The notes: generated from the sequence alone by a model not told the origin. Shown: positions 9,116-18,661, counted from the stretch's first letter. The stretch is DNA of 64,000 nucleotides from Syntrophaceae bacterium UBA2280 (GCA_002347685.1 DDWS01000013.1:146472-210471), one strand, 5' to 3'. Numbers and translations are program-made.

Positions 9116-9904
9116 CTAATACACGGGAATATTCCTTTTGAACATGTCCACGATGATATTTTCCATCGAGTACAGGCCGACGGGGGCGCTCACCATCCAT
9201 TTCGCCGCAAAAATCGCGCCCTGCCCGAATGCCGCCCTGCTGATGCTTTCATGAACCAGCCGGATGGTCTGATTGGGCAGTCCGAAAATGATTTCGTGCC
9301 TGCCCACGATTCCTCCCACACGAATGGAGTTGACATGTTTGTCTTTGTCCAGGCACAGAGCGTCCGCGATTTTAAAGGCGGTGCCGGATACTTCTTTCTT
9401 GCCGCGAAAGTGTTCTTCCACGATTTCAATATCCGCGTGAGGTGCAATTTTCTGAAGAATCTGCGAGGCCACCAAAAGAAAATTGACACCCAGGGTAATG
9501 TTCGGTGAATACAGCACGGCCGTCTTTTCAGCGAGCCGTTTTAAGGCGACCAGATCCTTTTCTTTGTATTTTGAAATGGCGGAAATGATCCGAATCCCGA
9601 AATCAGCGGCAGATGCATAGCATTCATAGGCCCGGGCGCTTGCAAAATCGATGATGATGTCCACAGGATTCTCCTGAAAAAAAGCGCAAGTCACCTCCTC
9701 TGCCGAAAAAATCGGGGCACCGTCCACTTCATGCCCCAAAAGACGGGTGGCATATTTGTGATGATCTTTGTGCGTGCGCCTGACCACCCACTCCAGACTG
9801 AACAGCCTTTCTTTGAAAAACTCATCAGCTATGATCCGGCCTGTTTTACCAAATCCGAAAATCCCTACCCTGATTTTATTCTGATTTTCATCTTTCTTTT
9901 TCAT
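9116..9904 (-). CDS. Dihydrodipicolinate reductase (DapB) family oxidoreductase, divergent
   Basis: N-terminal Rossmann motif IRVGIFGFGKTGR. DapB-like core SPNITLGVNFLL...IEIVEEHFRGKKEVSGTA. I place the start at the ATG at 9904. The ORF-track extension to 10141 overlaps the upstream gene. Confidence 0.6.
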   Translation of the reverse strand: MKKKDENQNKIRVGIFGFGKTGRIIADEFFKERLFSLEWVVRRTHKDHHKYATRLLGHEVDGAPIFSAEEVTCAFFQENPVDIIIDFASARAYECYASAADFGIRIISAISKYKEKDLVALKRLAEKTAVLYSPNITLGVNFLLVASQILQKIAPHADIEIVEEHFRGKKEVSGTAFKIADALCLDKDKHVNSIRVGGIVGRHEIIFGLPNQTIRLVHESISRAAFGQGAIFAAKWMVSAPVGLYSMENIIVDMFKRNIPVY

Positions 9905-10014
9905 GCGCAAACCCCTTCGATGTCTTTCCTTACGCAAACGATGAATTGTTGCTGTTGAACTTTTGACACATTTTTGTAAACGTGAAAGACATACGAGGGA
10001 TCGGCTATCTTTTT

Positions 10015-10812
10015 TTATGGAAATGTTATTGCGTCTCTCCCCGATGCCTTCCAGACAACCAGACTTGTCCCTTGAATATTTTTCAACCCAAGTTTCTTTT
10101 TGCCTTCGATTTCTTCCAGCGCACGGGTCACGCCCGGCCAAACGCCATAGTCATGCCAGATAATCGTTCCTGTGTTCTTGATCAGTCGAAACGCTGTTTT
10201 CGTATCATTGATGACATACTCATGGGCGTGAGAACCGTCAACGAAAACCAAATCACATTTGCCCTCATATGGAGTAAAATCAAATTGCGCGGAATCTCCA
10301 TAAAGCTTCGTGATCCGTTCGACTGCATCGGGAAAACGTTGAGCGTTTTTCAAAAATATTTGACCGGAGCCTTCCTTTTCAATGAAATGTCTCTCACCCG
10401 GCTCCGTCGCAAAAAGCGTTTTATTTTTTGCAGGAAGATCCAGGGTTGCAACACGGCAACCGGGCGCGTTTAACGCAAGGTTGAAAGTGGTTCTTCCATC
10501 GAAGGTTCCAATTTCAAAAATCTGCGAACGGGGGGAAAGATGACGCGCGAACCGGCATAGCACACCCAGTTCTGAAAAACGCACACCCCCGTCGTTTTTT
10601 CGGGATTCCTGAAAACAAATAGGTTTTCTGTGAATAATAGACTTCCATGGCATAACCGGCAAAATTGCCCTCTGCTCATACACATCTTTTTTATTCCTGA
10701 GCACGCGCGAAAAATTACGTACAGCATCCGTTATTAAAGAGACGGGCAGATAGATTTCCGTGGCATGAAACCCCTGAAAATATCCGGTATTTTTTTTAAG
10801 AAAGATCGCCAT
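10015..10812 (-). CDS. Class I SAM-dependent methyltransferase (O-methyltransferase-like)
   Basis: 265 aa. Motifs are IFEIGTFDGRTTFNLA (SAM motif I-like) and CDLVFVDGSHAHEYV. Its start codon directly abuts the stop codon of the upstream traR/dksA-like gene. Confidence 0.65.
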   Translation of the reverse strand: MAIFLKKNTGYFQGFHATEIYLPVSLITDAVRNFSRVLRNKKDVYEQRAILPVMPWKSIIHRKPICFQESRKNDGGVRFSELGVLCRFARHLSPRSQIFEIGTFDGRTTFNLALNAPGCRVATLDLPAKNKTLFATEPGERHFIEKEGSGQIFLKNAQRFPDAVERITKLYGDSAQFDFTPYEGKCDLVFVDGSHAHEYVINDTKTAFRLIKNTGTIIWHDYGVWPGVTRALEEIEGKKKLGLKNIQGTSLVVWKASGRDAITFP

Positions 10813-11154
10813 TTACTTCCTTTTTGCGCACTCCAGGCAGCGCGTACTGGTAGGGTCCGCCTCCAGACGGCGCAAGTCCATGTCCTCGCCGCAGACAAAA
10901 CAATAGCCATATTCATCGGATTCGATCCGTCTAAGCGCGCCTTCAACGGCGGATAATTGAGCCTGTCTTCGTCTGGCGGAAGCAAGCGACATCTGCTGCG
11001 CCTGAATCGCATCCACACGCGAAACCCATCCGATGGCTGACTGATCCAGTTCAACAGGTTTTGTCGATTCCCTGGACAAATCGTCAACTTCCTGAAGCTC
11101 CAGTCGAAGCTGAAGCAGTCTTTCTTTCAAGTGTTCTTGTTCTTCCTTGTTCAT
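10813..11154 (-). CDS. TraR/DksA family C4-type zinc-finger protein
   Basis: Coiled-coil N-terminus, then CFVCGEDMDLRRLEADPTSTRCLECA. I place the start at the ATG at 11154 (MNKEEQEHLKERL). Confidence 0.7.
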   Translation of the reverse strand: MNKEEQEHLKERLLQLRLELQEVDDLSRESTKPVELDQSAIGWVSRVDAIQAQQMSLASARRRQAQLSAVEGALRRIESDEYGYCFVCGEDMDLRRLEADPTSTRCLECAKRK

Positions 11155-11455
11155 ACGTCTATTTAACCGGTTTCTTCGCCTGTAGGCTGTTTTCAGATAC
11201 GTTTGAAAAACAAGATGGAACATTTTTCCTGAAAGCAGAACTATAACTATACGTTTTCCGTCTTAATATATCTGCATTATTTCATTTATGGATTAGCGCC
11301 GGAACTTGCTAAAGCGCGAAGCCTGATACTTAAGGCATCCTGATTAACGCCGACTTCCGGTAAATTTTATACAGAAAGTCAGACTGGATGTCAATTTTAA
11401 AAGTTCGCCTCATCCCGGTCTGGCTAAATACAAAATCTGGTGATAAAGATAATGT

Positions 11456-12115
11456 ATGCTGCTACTCGAAACAACATCGACAAAAGTCGCCGGGCAAATT
11501 TGCCCCTTGTGCGAACATCGCGCCAATCCGGTGGAAGCGGATGAGCTCTTTGAGTGCGATACCTGCCGGGGCATCTTCCGATTCCACGAATTTCATTTGT
11601 CGCCCGAGCGGGAAAAGGAAAGGTATCTCGAACATAACAACGACGTGCATGACGCCGGATACCGGCAATTCGTCTTTCCCATCACGAATGCAATTCTCAA
11701 AACTTATGACCGGCAAGCTATCGGTCTGGATTTCGGCGCGGGTACCGGTCCCGTTATTTCCGAAGTGCTTCAAGAAAAAGGCTATCGTGTTGTGCAATAT
11801 GACCCGTTCTTTTTTCCTGATAGCCGGCTGCTCAATGCAACCTATGATTACATCGTCTGCTGCGAAGTGATCGAACATTTTTCCAATCCCGCAAGGGAAT
11901 TTGCGTTATTGAAAAGGCTTTTGAAACCCGGCGGCCGATTGTATTGCATGACACATCTTTATGATGAAACCATTTCCTTCAGCAACTGGTATTATAAGAA
12001 GGATCCGTCGCACGTCTTTTTTTACCGCGCCGAAACCCTGACGTGGATAGCGCAAGCGTTCGGGTATTCAAGCGTCAATATTCAAAACCGACTGGTCGTA
12101 TTTCAAAATGACTGA
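11456..12115 (+). CDS. Class I SAM-dependent methyltransferase with an N-terminal zinc ribbon
   Basis: 219 aa. The zinc ribbon is CPLCEHRA...CDTCRGIF, followed by GLDFGAGTGPV (motif I) and LKPGGRLY. Confidence 0.7.
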   Translation: MLLLETTSTKVAGQICPLCEHRANPVEADELFECDTCRGIFRFHEFHLSPEREKERYLEHNNDVHDAGYRQFVFPITNAILKTYDRQAIGLDFGAGTGPVISEVLQEKGYRVVQYDPFFFPDSRLLNATYDYIVCCEVIEHFSNPAREFALLKRLLKPGGRLYCMTHLYDETISFSNWYYKKDPSHVFFYRAETLTWIAQAFGYSSVNIQNRLVVFQND

Positions 12116-12229
12116 GCATTGCTCAATAGGCCGCCTGCGCAAAACCTATTCAAAAAAACACAGATCGTCTCGTCGCACACAAGAACGGATCTGTACCCTG
12201 TTTCATGCAGCAGTTAAGAAAGGAGCCTT

Positions 12230-13021
12230 ATGTATCTGTTCGATTCCGATACCCGGTTAACCGATTTAAAAAATTCCCGTTTCGGCTGCGTCATCTCCGA
12301 TAACTGGTCCGTCAACGGCAATCCCAATGGCGGCTATCTCATGGCAATGATGGCCGGCGCGATGCTGCGTGCAAGTGATCAGCATAAAACCCCTGTGGTG
12401 ACCGCGAATTATCTGTCCCGATGCGTCCCGGGCGAGGCGGAAATCCAGGTTTCCGAAATGGCCCGATCGCGCCAATTTACTCGTTTCGAGGCCAGACTCT
12501 TCCAGCAGGGTATAGAGAAAATCCGGGCTTTGGGCACCTTCTTATCCAGCAACGATTCTTGTGTTGTCGAGCGTTACGAAGCAGGGCCCCCGGAGCTTGC
12601 GCACCCCGACAAGTGCGTGCCCGTGCCGCGAATGAATGGATACAGCCTTTTTGATCAACTCGATCTTCGGTTGGATCCGTCCTGCGCCGGTTGGATGATG
12701 GGAGGCCCCTTAGCGGAAATATCACAAAACAAGGGCTATTTATCCTTTCGGGACGGCCGCCCCATCGATCTTTGCTCCCTTTTTCTGATCATCGACGCCA
12801 TGCCGCCTGCCGTAATGGCCACTCAGGGCGTGACGGCCTGGGTGCCGACCATTGAGCTTTCCGTCAATATCCGGAATCTGCCAAAGACCAATCGGCTCAA
12901 ATGCAGTCTTCGAAGCCGGTTTATGACCTGTGGACTGCTGGAGGCAGACGGAGAAGTCTGGGATGAAGAAGGCAATCTCGCGGCCATTTCACGCCAGATT
13001 GCCCAGTTTAAAAAGTTGTGA
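12230..13021 (+). CDS. Acyl-CoA thioesterase-like (TesB/4HBT_3 hot-dog family) protein
   Basis: 263 aa. The NGNPNGGYLMAMMAGAM motif and double hot-dog length are typical of this family. Confidence 0.6.
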   Translation: MYLFDSDTRLTDLKNSRFGCVISDNWSVNGNPNGGYLMAMMAGAMLRASDQHKTPVVTANYLSRCVPGEAEIQVSEMARSRQFTRFEARLFQQGIEKIRALGTFLSSNDSCVVERYEAGPPELAHPDKCVPVPRMNGYSLFDQLDLRLDPSCAGWMMGGPLAEISQNKGYLSFRDGRPIDLCSLFLIIDAMPPAVMATQGVTAWVPTIELSVNIRNLPKTNRLKCSLRSRFMTCGLLEADGEVWDEEGNLAAISRQIAQFKKL

Positions 13022-13071
13022 GGTTGTGCCCGTCCCGGTCTTGTATCGCCATACCGGGTGGAAGCCGAAAA

Positions 13072-14376
13072 CTACTTGCTGGAATTAATATACTCGGTAA
13101 TCTTTGACGCGATGGTTTTAACAACGTGCTCGAATTCGTCGACATCCTTGTCCAGAAGCGTCATGCGGAAACCCGGCAGCGGCGAGAAAAACGACGTCAG
13201 CGGCACCACGCAAATGCCGGTGGCCGCCAGCAGGTAGTAAACAAACCGCTTGTCGTATTCGATGGTGCCTTTCGTCAGGTCTTCCACATATTTTTTGATC
13301 TCCGGCTGTTCAATCTGCAGGTGCTGGCGTTCATTGAGAACCGACTCATTGAAGATGACCGTGTTGTAAAACGCGCCGTTGGTCTTGTTGGCAATCAGGA
13401 AGGGAACATCCTTCAAAATGCCATAGGCGATCGCGGAGAGCTTTTCGTAGTGATCCGTACGCTGGCGCAGATAATTCTTGTATTCCGGATGCTGCATGAT
13501 CCGGGGGAGCGCCATTTGCGGAAGCGTGGTGGAGCAGACTTCCGACATCTTCTGGTGCAAAATGGTGTTGATGAAACGCGCAAAGATCGGGTCCTTGTCC
13601 GCGTTATACACTTCCATCCAGCCGCAGCGCGCACCCGGCCATGGGGCTTCTTTGGAGATACTCTTCATGGCGATCGCGGGGACATCGCCGATAATATCGC
13701 CAAGCGGCACGGTTGTTTTTCCGTTATAGACAATGTTGATATACGTTTCATCGGAAATCACAAAAAGGTCGTTTTCCTTCGCAATCCGCACCACATTCTG
13801 GAGCGCTTCGAGAGGATACACAAATCCGGTGGGGTTGTCGGGATTGATGATCAAAATGCCGACAATCGCCTTGTGGCTTTTGACTTTCTGCTCGAGTTCC
13901 CTCAAGTCCGGATGCCAGTTGTTGTAAGGATTCATCCGGTATGTGTTGGACGGAAAGGAGGCATGGAGCACTTCCGCCATAAAATGCGTGGAATACGTGG
14001 GCTCCGGCATGATCATGCGGGCATCCACCTGGATGGAACTGTAGGCGCGGGCAATCGCGTCGCCCAGCCCGTTGAAGAAAATGACGTCTTCGGGGGTAAT
14101 CTGGATTTTGCCCCGCGCATTGACGCCCTCGGCGATAAACGCCCGCGTGCTGTCGATGCCCTTGGTGGGTGAATACGCGTAGGAGCTATCATCTTTCAAA
14201 ATATCGATGAGGACCTCTTTCATCCAGTCGGGAATTTTTTCGCCTTTTTGAACCGGGTCGCCGATGTTTTCCCAGATGATCTTCACGCCGTATTCCTGAA
14301 GCTTCTTGGCAATCAGCACGATATTGCGGATCTCGTAGGTCAGCCCGCTGCCGCCGCGGGAAATTTCAAAACGCAT
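13072..14376 (-). CDS. PLP-dependent aminotransferase, class I/II (alanine/aspartate aminotransferase-like)
   Basis: 434 aa. Motifs are INPDNPTG, the SISKEAPWPGARCGW lysine motif, and the overall fold-type I pattern. Confidence 0.75.
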   Translation of the reverse strand: MRFEISRGGSGLTYEIRNIVLIAKKLQEYGVKIIWENIGDPVQKGEKIPDWMKEVLIDILKDDSSYAYSPTKGIDSTRAFIAEGVNARGKIQITPEDVIFFNGLGDAIARAYSSIQVDARMIMPEPTYSTHFMAEVLHASFPSNTYRMNPYNNWHPDLRELEQKVKSHKAIVGILIINPDNPTGFVYPLEALQNVVRIAKENDLFVISDETYINIVYNGKTTVPLGDIIGDVPAIAMKSISKEAPWPGARCGWMEVYNADKDPIFARFINTILHQKMSEVCSTTLPQMALPRIMQHPEYKNYLRQRTDHYEKLSAIAYGILKDVPFLIANKTNGAFYNTVIFNESVLNERQHLQIEQPEIKKYVEDLTKGTIEYDKRFVYYLLAATGICVVPLTSFFSPLPGFRMTLLDKDVDEFEHVVKTIASKITEYINSSK

Positions 14377-14545
14377 AAGTCACCAAACTCCTTGAATATT
14401 CTTTCAACGGTCATAATATATATTCTATAATTAATCCAGACATTTTTCATTTTCGCAGGGGATCACACTCATTTTTTTCTGAAGGACAAAAAATCCTTTT
14501 CATGATAGATTAGTAATTATCTGAAACACTAAAGGACATAATCTA

Positions 14546-15727
14546 ATGGAAGACACAAAGAGTTTTGCCGAAATGTTTGAAGAATCCTACGCCACGCCCA
14601 AACATTTTTCAGTCGGTGAAAAGGTGGAGGCAACGATTGTCAATATTTCCCCTGAATGGGTTTTTGTGGACCTGGGCGCGAAAAGCGAAGGCTACATTGA
14701 CAAAAAAGAATTTCTCGCCGATGACGGCAGCCTGACGGTTAAAGAAGGAGACGTCATCACCGCATACTTTCTGTCATCGCGCCACAGTGAAAAACTCTTC
14801 ACGACCAAGCTGACCGCGAAAAAAAGCGTGGATGAATTCCTCGTCAACGCTTATCAAAACGCCATTCCCCTGGAGGCCATCGTTGAAAGGGAAGTCAAGG
14901 GAGGCTTTTCCGTAAGAATCAGCGCCAACGCGAACGGTTTTTGCCCCTTTTCGCAAATGGAAACGCGCAGAATCGACACTGCCGCGGATTATATTGGCAA
15001 AAAATTGGATTTTATCGTCATTGAATACGGAGAAAACGGCCGCAAGATCATCTTGTCGCGACGTCCTTTGCTCGAAAAAATCGAGCAGGACAAAATCGCC
15101 GGACTCAAAGAAACCCTCAAAAAGGGCATGACCGTGCAAGGCGTGGTCACCTCCGTGCGCGACTTCGGTGCGTTTGTCGATATCGGCGGCATGCAGGCGC
15201 TGCTTCCGGTTTCGGAAATGACCTGGGGCCGGGTGGACGATACGAAATCTCTCTATAAGCCGGGCGACACCATCGAAGCCGTCATCATCAACCTGGATTG
15301 GGAAAACGACCGCGTAACATTGTCCTTTAAGGACACCCTGCCGGATCCGTGGAATGAGGTTGTCCGCAATTACGTAGAAGGCAGCACCCACAGGGGTAAG
15401 GTCTCACGGCTGACGGATTTCGGCGCGTTTATCACGCTGGAGGCAGGCGTGGACGGCCTTTTGCATATCTCCAAGCTGGGCAAAGGAAAAAAGATCAAAC
15501 ACGCCCAGGATGTCTTGTCCAAAGATCGCGAAATCGACGTGAAGATCGAAAAGATCGACCGCGACAGCAGGAGAATTTCGCTGGACCTGGCATCCAACGA
15601 CGAGGGAAAACAGGCGGTAGACAAAGAAGAGAAAGACGATTATCAGAACTATCTGCCCAAGTCACCCAACACCATGGGCACCTTCGGAGATTTGCTGAGC
15701 GGGGCTAAAAAGAAGAAAAGCCCGTAG
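14546..15727 (+). CDS. S1 RNA-binding domain protein (four S1 repeats, Lys-rich tail)
   Basis: 393 aa. Repeated S1 signatures are present (GxxVxGxVxxxxxFGAFVDIGG, RLTDFGAFITL). It is shorter than a canonical six-domain RpsA. Confidence 0.75.
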   Translation: MEDTKSFAEMFEESYATPKHFSVGEKVEATIVNISPEWVFVDLGAKSEGYIDKKEFLADDGSLTVKEGDVITAYFLSSRHSEKLFTTKLTAKKSVDEFLVNAYQNAIPLEAIVEREVKGGFSVRISANANGFCPFSQMETRRIDTAADYIGKKLDFIVIEYGENGRKIILSRRPLLEKIEQDKIAGLKETLKKGMTVQGVVTSVRDFGAFVDIGGMQALLPVSEMTWGRVDDTKSLYKPGDTIEAVIINLDWENDRVTLSFKDTLPDPWNEVVRNYVEGSTHRGKVSRLTDFGAFITLEAGVDGLLHISKLGKGKKIKHAQDVLSKDREIDVKIEKIDRDSRRISLDLASNDEGKQAVDKEEKDDYQNYLPKSPNTMGTFGDLLSGAKKKKSP

Positions 15728-15758
15728 CCTTTAGCCTTTATCATGTCAATGTTGCGGT

Positions 15759-15819
15759 GTCATTTCGAAGGAGCCTTGACGACTGAGAAATCCAGGATTT
15801 CTCCTGCGGTCGAAATGAC
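15759..15819. repeat. Nested-palindrome REP/MITE-like element, copy A
   Basis: Outer arms are gtcatttcga / tcgaaatgac. The inner palindrome is gagaaatcc-a-ggatttctc. The reverse complement matches 33886-33921 (gtcatttcgaccgc(c)aggagaaatcc) with one indel. Confidence 0.7.
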
Positions 15820-16058
15820 ATTACCTGGTTGAGGCAACACCAGGAGGCTGTCCGAGACCTTCCTTTCGCAATACCAAAGATTTCGATGGAATTGATGGAC
15901 TAAAAATCGTTAATCCGTGGAAAGCCTCTTAATCATACGCCAACATTATTATCCGTTTCATTATCAGAGGGTTCTGCTTTTTCATGTCATCGTGGCGCCC
16001 AGCACTGCGGTTGATCGCCGATTATTTGACAGCAGCGACGGTAATGTCGAGATATTTC

Positions 16059-16072
16059 GTCAATTAATTGAC
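16059..16072. promoter_or_regulatory. Perfect 14-bp palindrome GTCAATTAATTGAC, candidate enhancer-binding-protein site
   Basis: Read directly. It lies about 100 nt upstream of the sigma-54 promoter at 16171. A second inverted repeat (ATGGCA-N13-TGCCAT) follows at about 16083-16107. Confidence 0.35.
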
Positions 16073-16170
16073 CTCTTTAATGGCATTCATTGCATCATTG
16101 CCATCACGGAACATCACATAAATTGAAATAAGATCATAATGATACACATGACAAGGGCAACAAAATGCCG

Positions 16171-16186
16171 TGGCACCAATATTGCA
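16171..16186 (+). promoter_or_regulatory. Sigma-54 (-24/-12) promoter of the sugar/glycosyltransferase operon
   Basis: TGGCAC-caata-TTGCA is an exact match to the TGGCAC-N5-TTGCA consensus. It lies 57 nt upstream of the rfbF ATG. Confidence 0.7.
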
Positions 16187-16242
16187 AAATGTCGGATTGT
16201 CGGATTTTACCCATAAGAAACCACAGGGGGTATGGATTCATC

Positions 16243-17022
16243 ATGAAAGTCGTTATCTTTGCAGGCGGAGCCGGAACGCGGATCTCGGAAGAGTCTTATT
16301 TGAAACCCAAACCAATGATCGAAATTGGCGAAAAGCCCATTCTCTGGCATCTGATGAAACTTTTTGAGGCCCAGGGATTCAATGATTTCATCATTTGCGT
16401 CGGCTATAAAAGCTTCATGATAAAGGAATATTTCCTCAATTATTACGTTTACAACTCGGATGTGACCGTCAATCTTCTGACAAACAGCTTCGAGGTGCAC
16501 CGGTCCAATACGGAAAAATTCCGTGTCACGTTGGTAGACACGGGCCTTCATACGCAAACCGCGGGACGTTTGAAGCGGGCCCGACAATATGTCGGCAATG
16601 AAGAATTTCTTCTGACTTATGGTGATGGACTGGCGGATGTTAACCTCAAGGTGCTGATTGATTATCACCATGAGCACGGGAAAATCGCCACGGTCACCGC
16701 TGTTCAGCCAGCAGGCCGCTTTGGACTTCTGGGGCTTGAGGACGACGCGCGTGTGTCGAGTTTTAAAGAAAAAACACTGGGAGATGGCGGATGGATCAAC
16801 GGGGGCTTCTTCGTTCTGAAACCGGACGTCTTCGACTATCTGCCGGAAAACTCCGATCAATTGATGTGGGAGGATGCCCCGCTGGAAAAACTGTCCGCGG
16901 AAGGTCAACTAGTCGCCTATAAGCATCACGGGTTCTGGCAATGCATGGACGCCATGCGCGATAAGGAAATACTCGAACAGCTCTGGCGCTCAGGACAGGC
17001 GAAATGGAAGATGTGGGAATAA
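16243..17022 (+). CDS. rfbF: Glucose-1-phosphate cytidylyltransferase
   Basis: MKVVIFAGGAGTRISEES...KPKPMIEIGEKPILWHLM and the C-terminal WQCMDAMRDK are typical of RfbF. I place the start at the ATG at 16243. Confidence 0.9.
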   Translation: MKVVIFAGGAGTRISEESYLKPKPMIEIGEKPILWHLMKLFEAQGFNDFIICVGYKSFMIKEYFLNYYVYNSDVTVNLLTNSFEVHRSNTEKFRVTLVDTGLHTQTAGRLKRARQYVGNEEFLLTYGDGLADVNLKVLIDYHHEHGKIATVTAVQPAGRFGLLGLEDDARVSSFKEKTLGDGGWINGGFFVLKPDVFDYLPENSDQLMWEDAPLEKLSAEGQLVAYKHHGFWQCMDAMRDKEILEQLWRSGQAKWKMWE

Positions 17023-17036
17023 ATCGCGGATAACCT

Positions 17037-18128
17037 ATGTTCGACAATATTTATTCAAATAAGAATATTCTCATCACAGGACACACGGGATTCAAGGGAT
17101 CATGGCTGGCCCTGTGGCTTTCGCAACTCGGCGCACAAATCACCGGTTACTCATTACAACCACCCACAGACCCGAACCATTTTCAGTTGCATGATCTCCA
17201 TATCAACTCCGTGATTTGTGATATTCGCAACGCGGATAAACTCAAACAAGTTTTCCAAGAGCAGCAACCGGAAATCGTTTTTCATCTGGCCGCGCAGGCC
17301 ATTGTCCGGCGATCCTACCGCGAACCGGTGGAAACATTTACAAGCAATGTACTGGGCACGATTAATCTGCTGGAAGCCGCGAGGGCCTGTGACTCCGTTC
17401 GCGCCATCGTGATCGTCACCAGCGACAAATGCTATGAAAACAAGGAATGGTTTTGGGGCTATCGCGAAATCGATCCGCTGGGCGGATATGACCCCTACAG
17501 CGCCTCGAAAGGGTGCGCTGAAATCGTCACCGGTTGCTGGCGCAATTCCTATTTCAACCCGAAGGATTATGGCAAAAGCCATCAGACGCTTCTTGCCAGC
17601 GCCCGCGCCGGCAATGTGATTGGCGGCGGCGACTGGGCAGCCGATCGCCTGATTCCGGACATCATGCGCGCGACGGCACAATCTCAAAAAGTAACGATTC
17701 GCAATCCCCACGCGACCCGCCCCTGGCAGCATGTTCTTGAACCTCTGAGCGGCTATCTGCTGCTGGGTCAAAGACTTCTGGAGGGCCGCAAGGAATTTGC
17801 CGACGCGTGGAATTTCGGACCTTCCGAGGAAGAAAATCTCAGCGTCGATGAAATCGTCGGTCAGGTTAAAGCGCTCTGGCCGAAAATGGATTATCATATT
17901 GAGGGATCACCGGATCAACCCCACGAAGCGGGCCTGCTTCGGTTGGATTGCTCTAAAGCCCGCGCCCAATTACAATGGGCGCCTGCATGGACCGGCAGCA
18001 ATGCCGTTGAGAAAACCGTCTCCTGGTATAGAAATTTTTATGAAACCGGTATAATATTGAGCATGGATCATCTTCATCAATATGTTGCAGACGCGCAAAA
18101 CAAACACATCGCATGGGCGGAAAAATGA
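17037..18128 (+). CDS. rfbG: CDP-glucose 4,6-dehydratase
   Basis: 363 aa. SDR motifs are ITGHTGFKGSWL and YSASKGCAE. Confidence 0.9.
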   Translation: MFDNIYSNKNILITGHTGFKGSWLALWLSQLGAQITGYSLQPPTDPNHFQLHDLHINSVICDIRNADKLKQVFQEQQPEIVFHLAAQAIVRRSYREPVETFTSNVLGTINLLEAARACDSVRAIVIVTSDKCYENKEWFWGYREIDPLGGYDPYSASKGCAEIVTGCWRNSYFNPKDYGKSHQTLLASARAGNVIGGGDWAADRLIPDIMRATAQSQKVTIRNPHATRPWQHVLEPLSGYLLLGQRLLEGRKEFADAWNFGPSEEENLSVDEIVGQVKALWPKMDYHIEGSPDQPHEAGLLRLDCSKARAQLQWAPAWTGSNAVEKTVSWYRNFYETGIILSMDHLHQYVADAQNKHIAWAEK

Positions 18129-18661
18129 AATTTATCGAAACAAAACTTCAAGGCGCGTTCATCATTCGGCCGGATCTCATTGAAGACGAGCGAGGTTTCT
18201 TTGCCCGCACTTTCTGCCGACGTGAATTTGAAGAACATGGCTTAAATACCAATCTGGTTCAGTGCAACATTTCCTTCAACAAACAAAAAGGAACCCTGCG
18301 CGGCATGCATTATCAGGTTCCGCCGCATGCCGAGGCCAAGCTGGTTCGCTGCACGGCGGGAGCCATTTACGACGTCATCATCGATCTACGTGCCGCTTCA
18401 TCAACATTCAAGCAATGGTTTGCAGTGGAGCTGACAGCCGAAAATCATCAGTTGCTCTACGTTCCGGAAGGCTTTGCGCACGGATACCAAACGCTACGTC
18501 CGGATACGGAAATCCTTTATCAAGTATCCGAATTCTATCATCCGCAAAGTGAAGAAGGTGTCCGTTGGAATGATCCGGCTTTTGGAATAGTATGGCCGCT
18601 ACCTGCTACTGCCATGTCCGGCAAAGATGCATCCCATCCTGATTGGGGGGCAGACAAATGA
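18125..18661 (+). CDS. Sugar-nucleotide 3,5-epimerase, RmlC-like cupin (probable CDP-4-keto-6-deoxyhexose epimerase)
   Basis: MKFIETKLQGAFII..DERGFF...GTLRGMHYQ..P..EAKLVRC is an RmlC-family pattern. There is an ATGA overlap with the rfbG stop. Confidence 0.8.
   Translation: MKFIETKLQGAFIIRPDLIEDERGFFARTFCRREFEEHGLNTNLVQCNISFNKQKGTLRGMHYQVPPHAEAKLVRCTAGAIYDVIIDLRAASSTFKQWFAVELTAENHQLLYVPEGFAHGYQTLRPDTEILYQVSEFYHPQSEEGVRWNDPAFGIVWPLPATAMSGKDASHPDWGADK

Noticed and set aside
9905-10141. N-terminal extensions offered by the ORF track. They affect the dapB-like gene (to 10141), etfB (to 5076), rfbF (from 16165), the TPR gene (from 32496), tkt (from 39434), the traR-like gene (to 11223) and flaF2 (to 30048).
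   Set aside because: The extensions overlap upstream genes or add non-conserved, low-complexity residues. Internal starts coincide with family-typical N-termini and better Shine-Dalgarno spacing.
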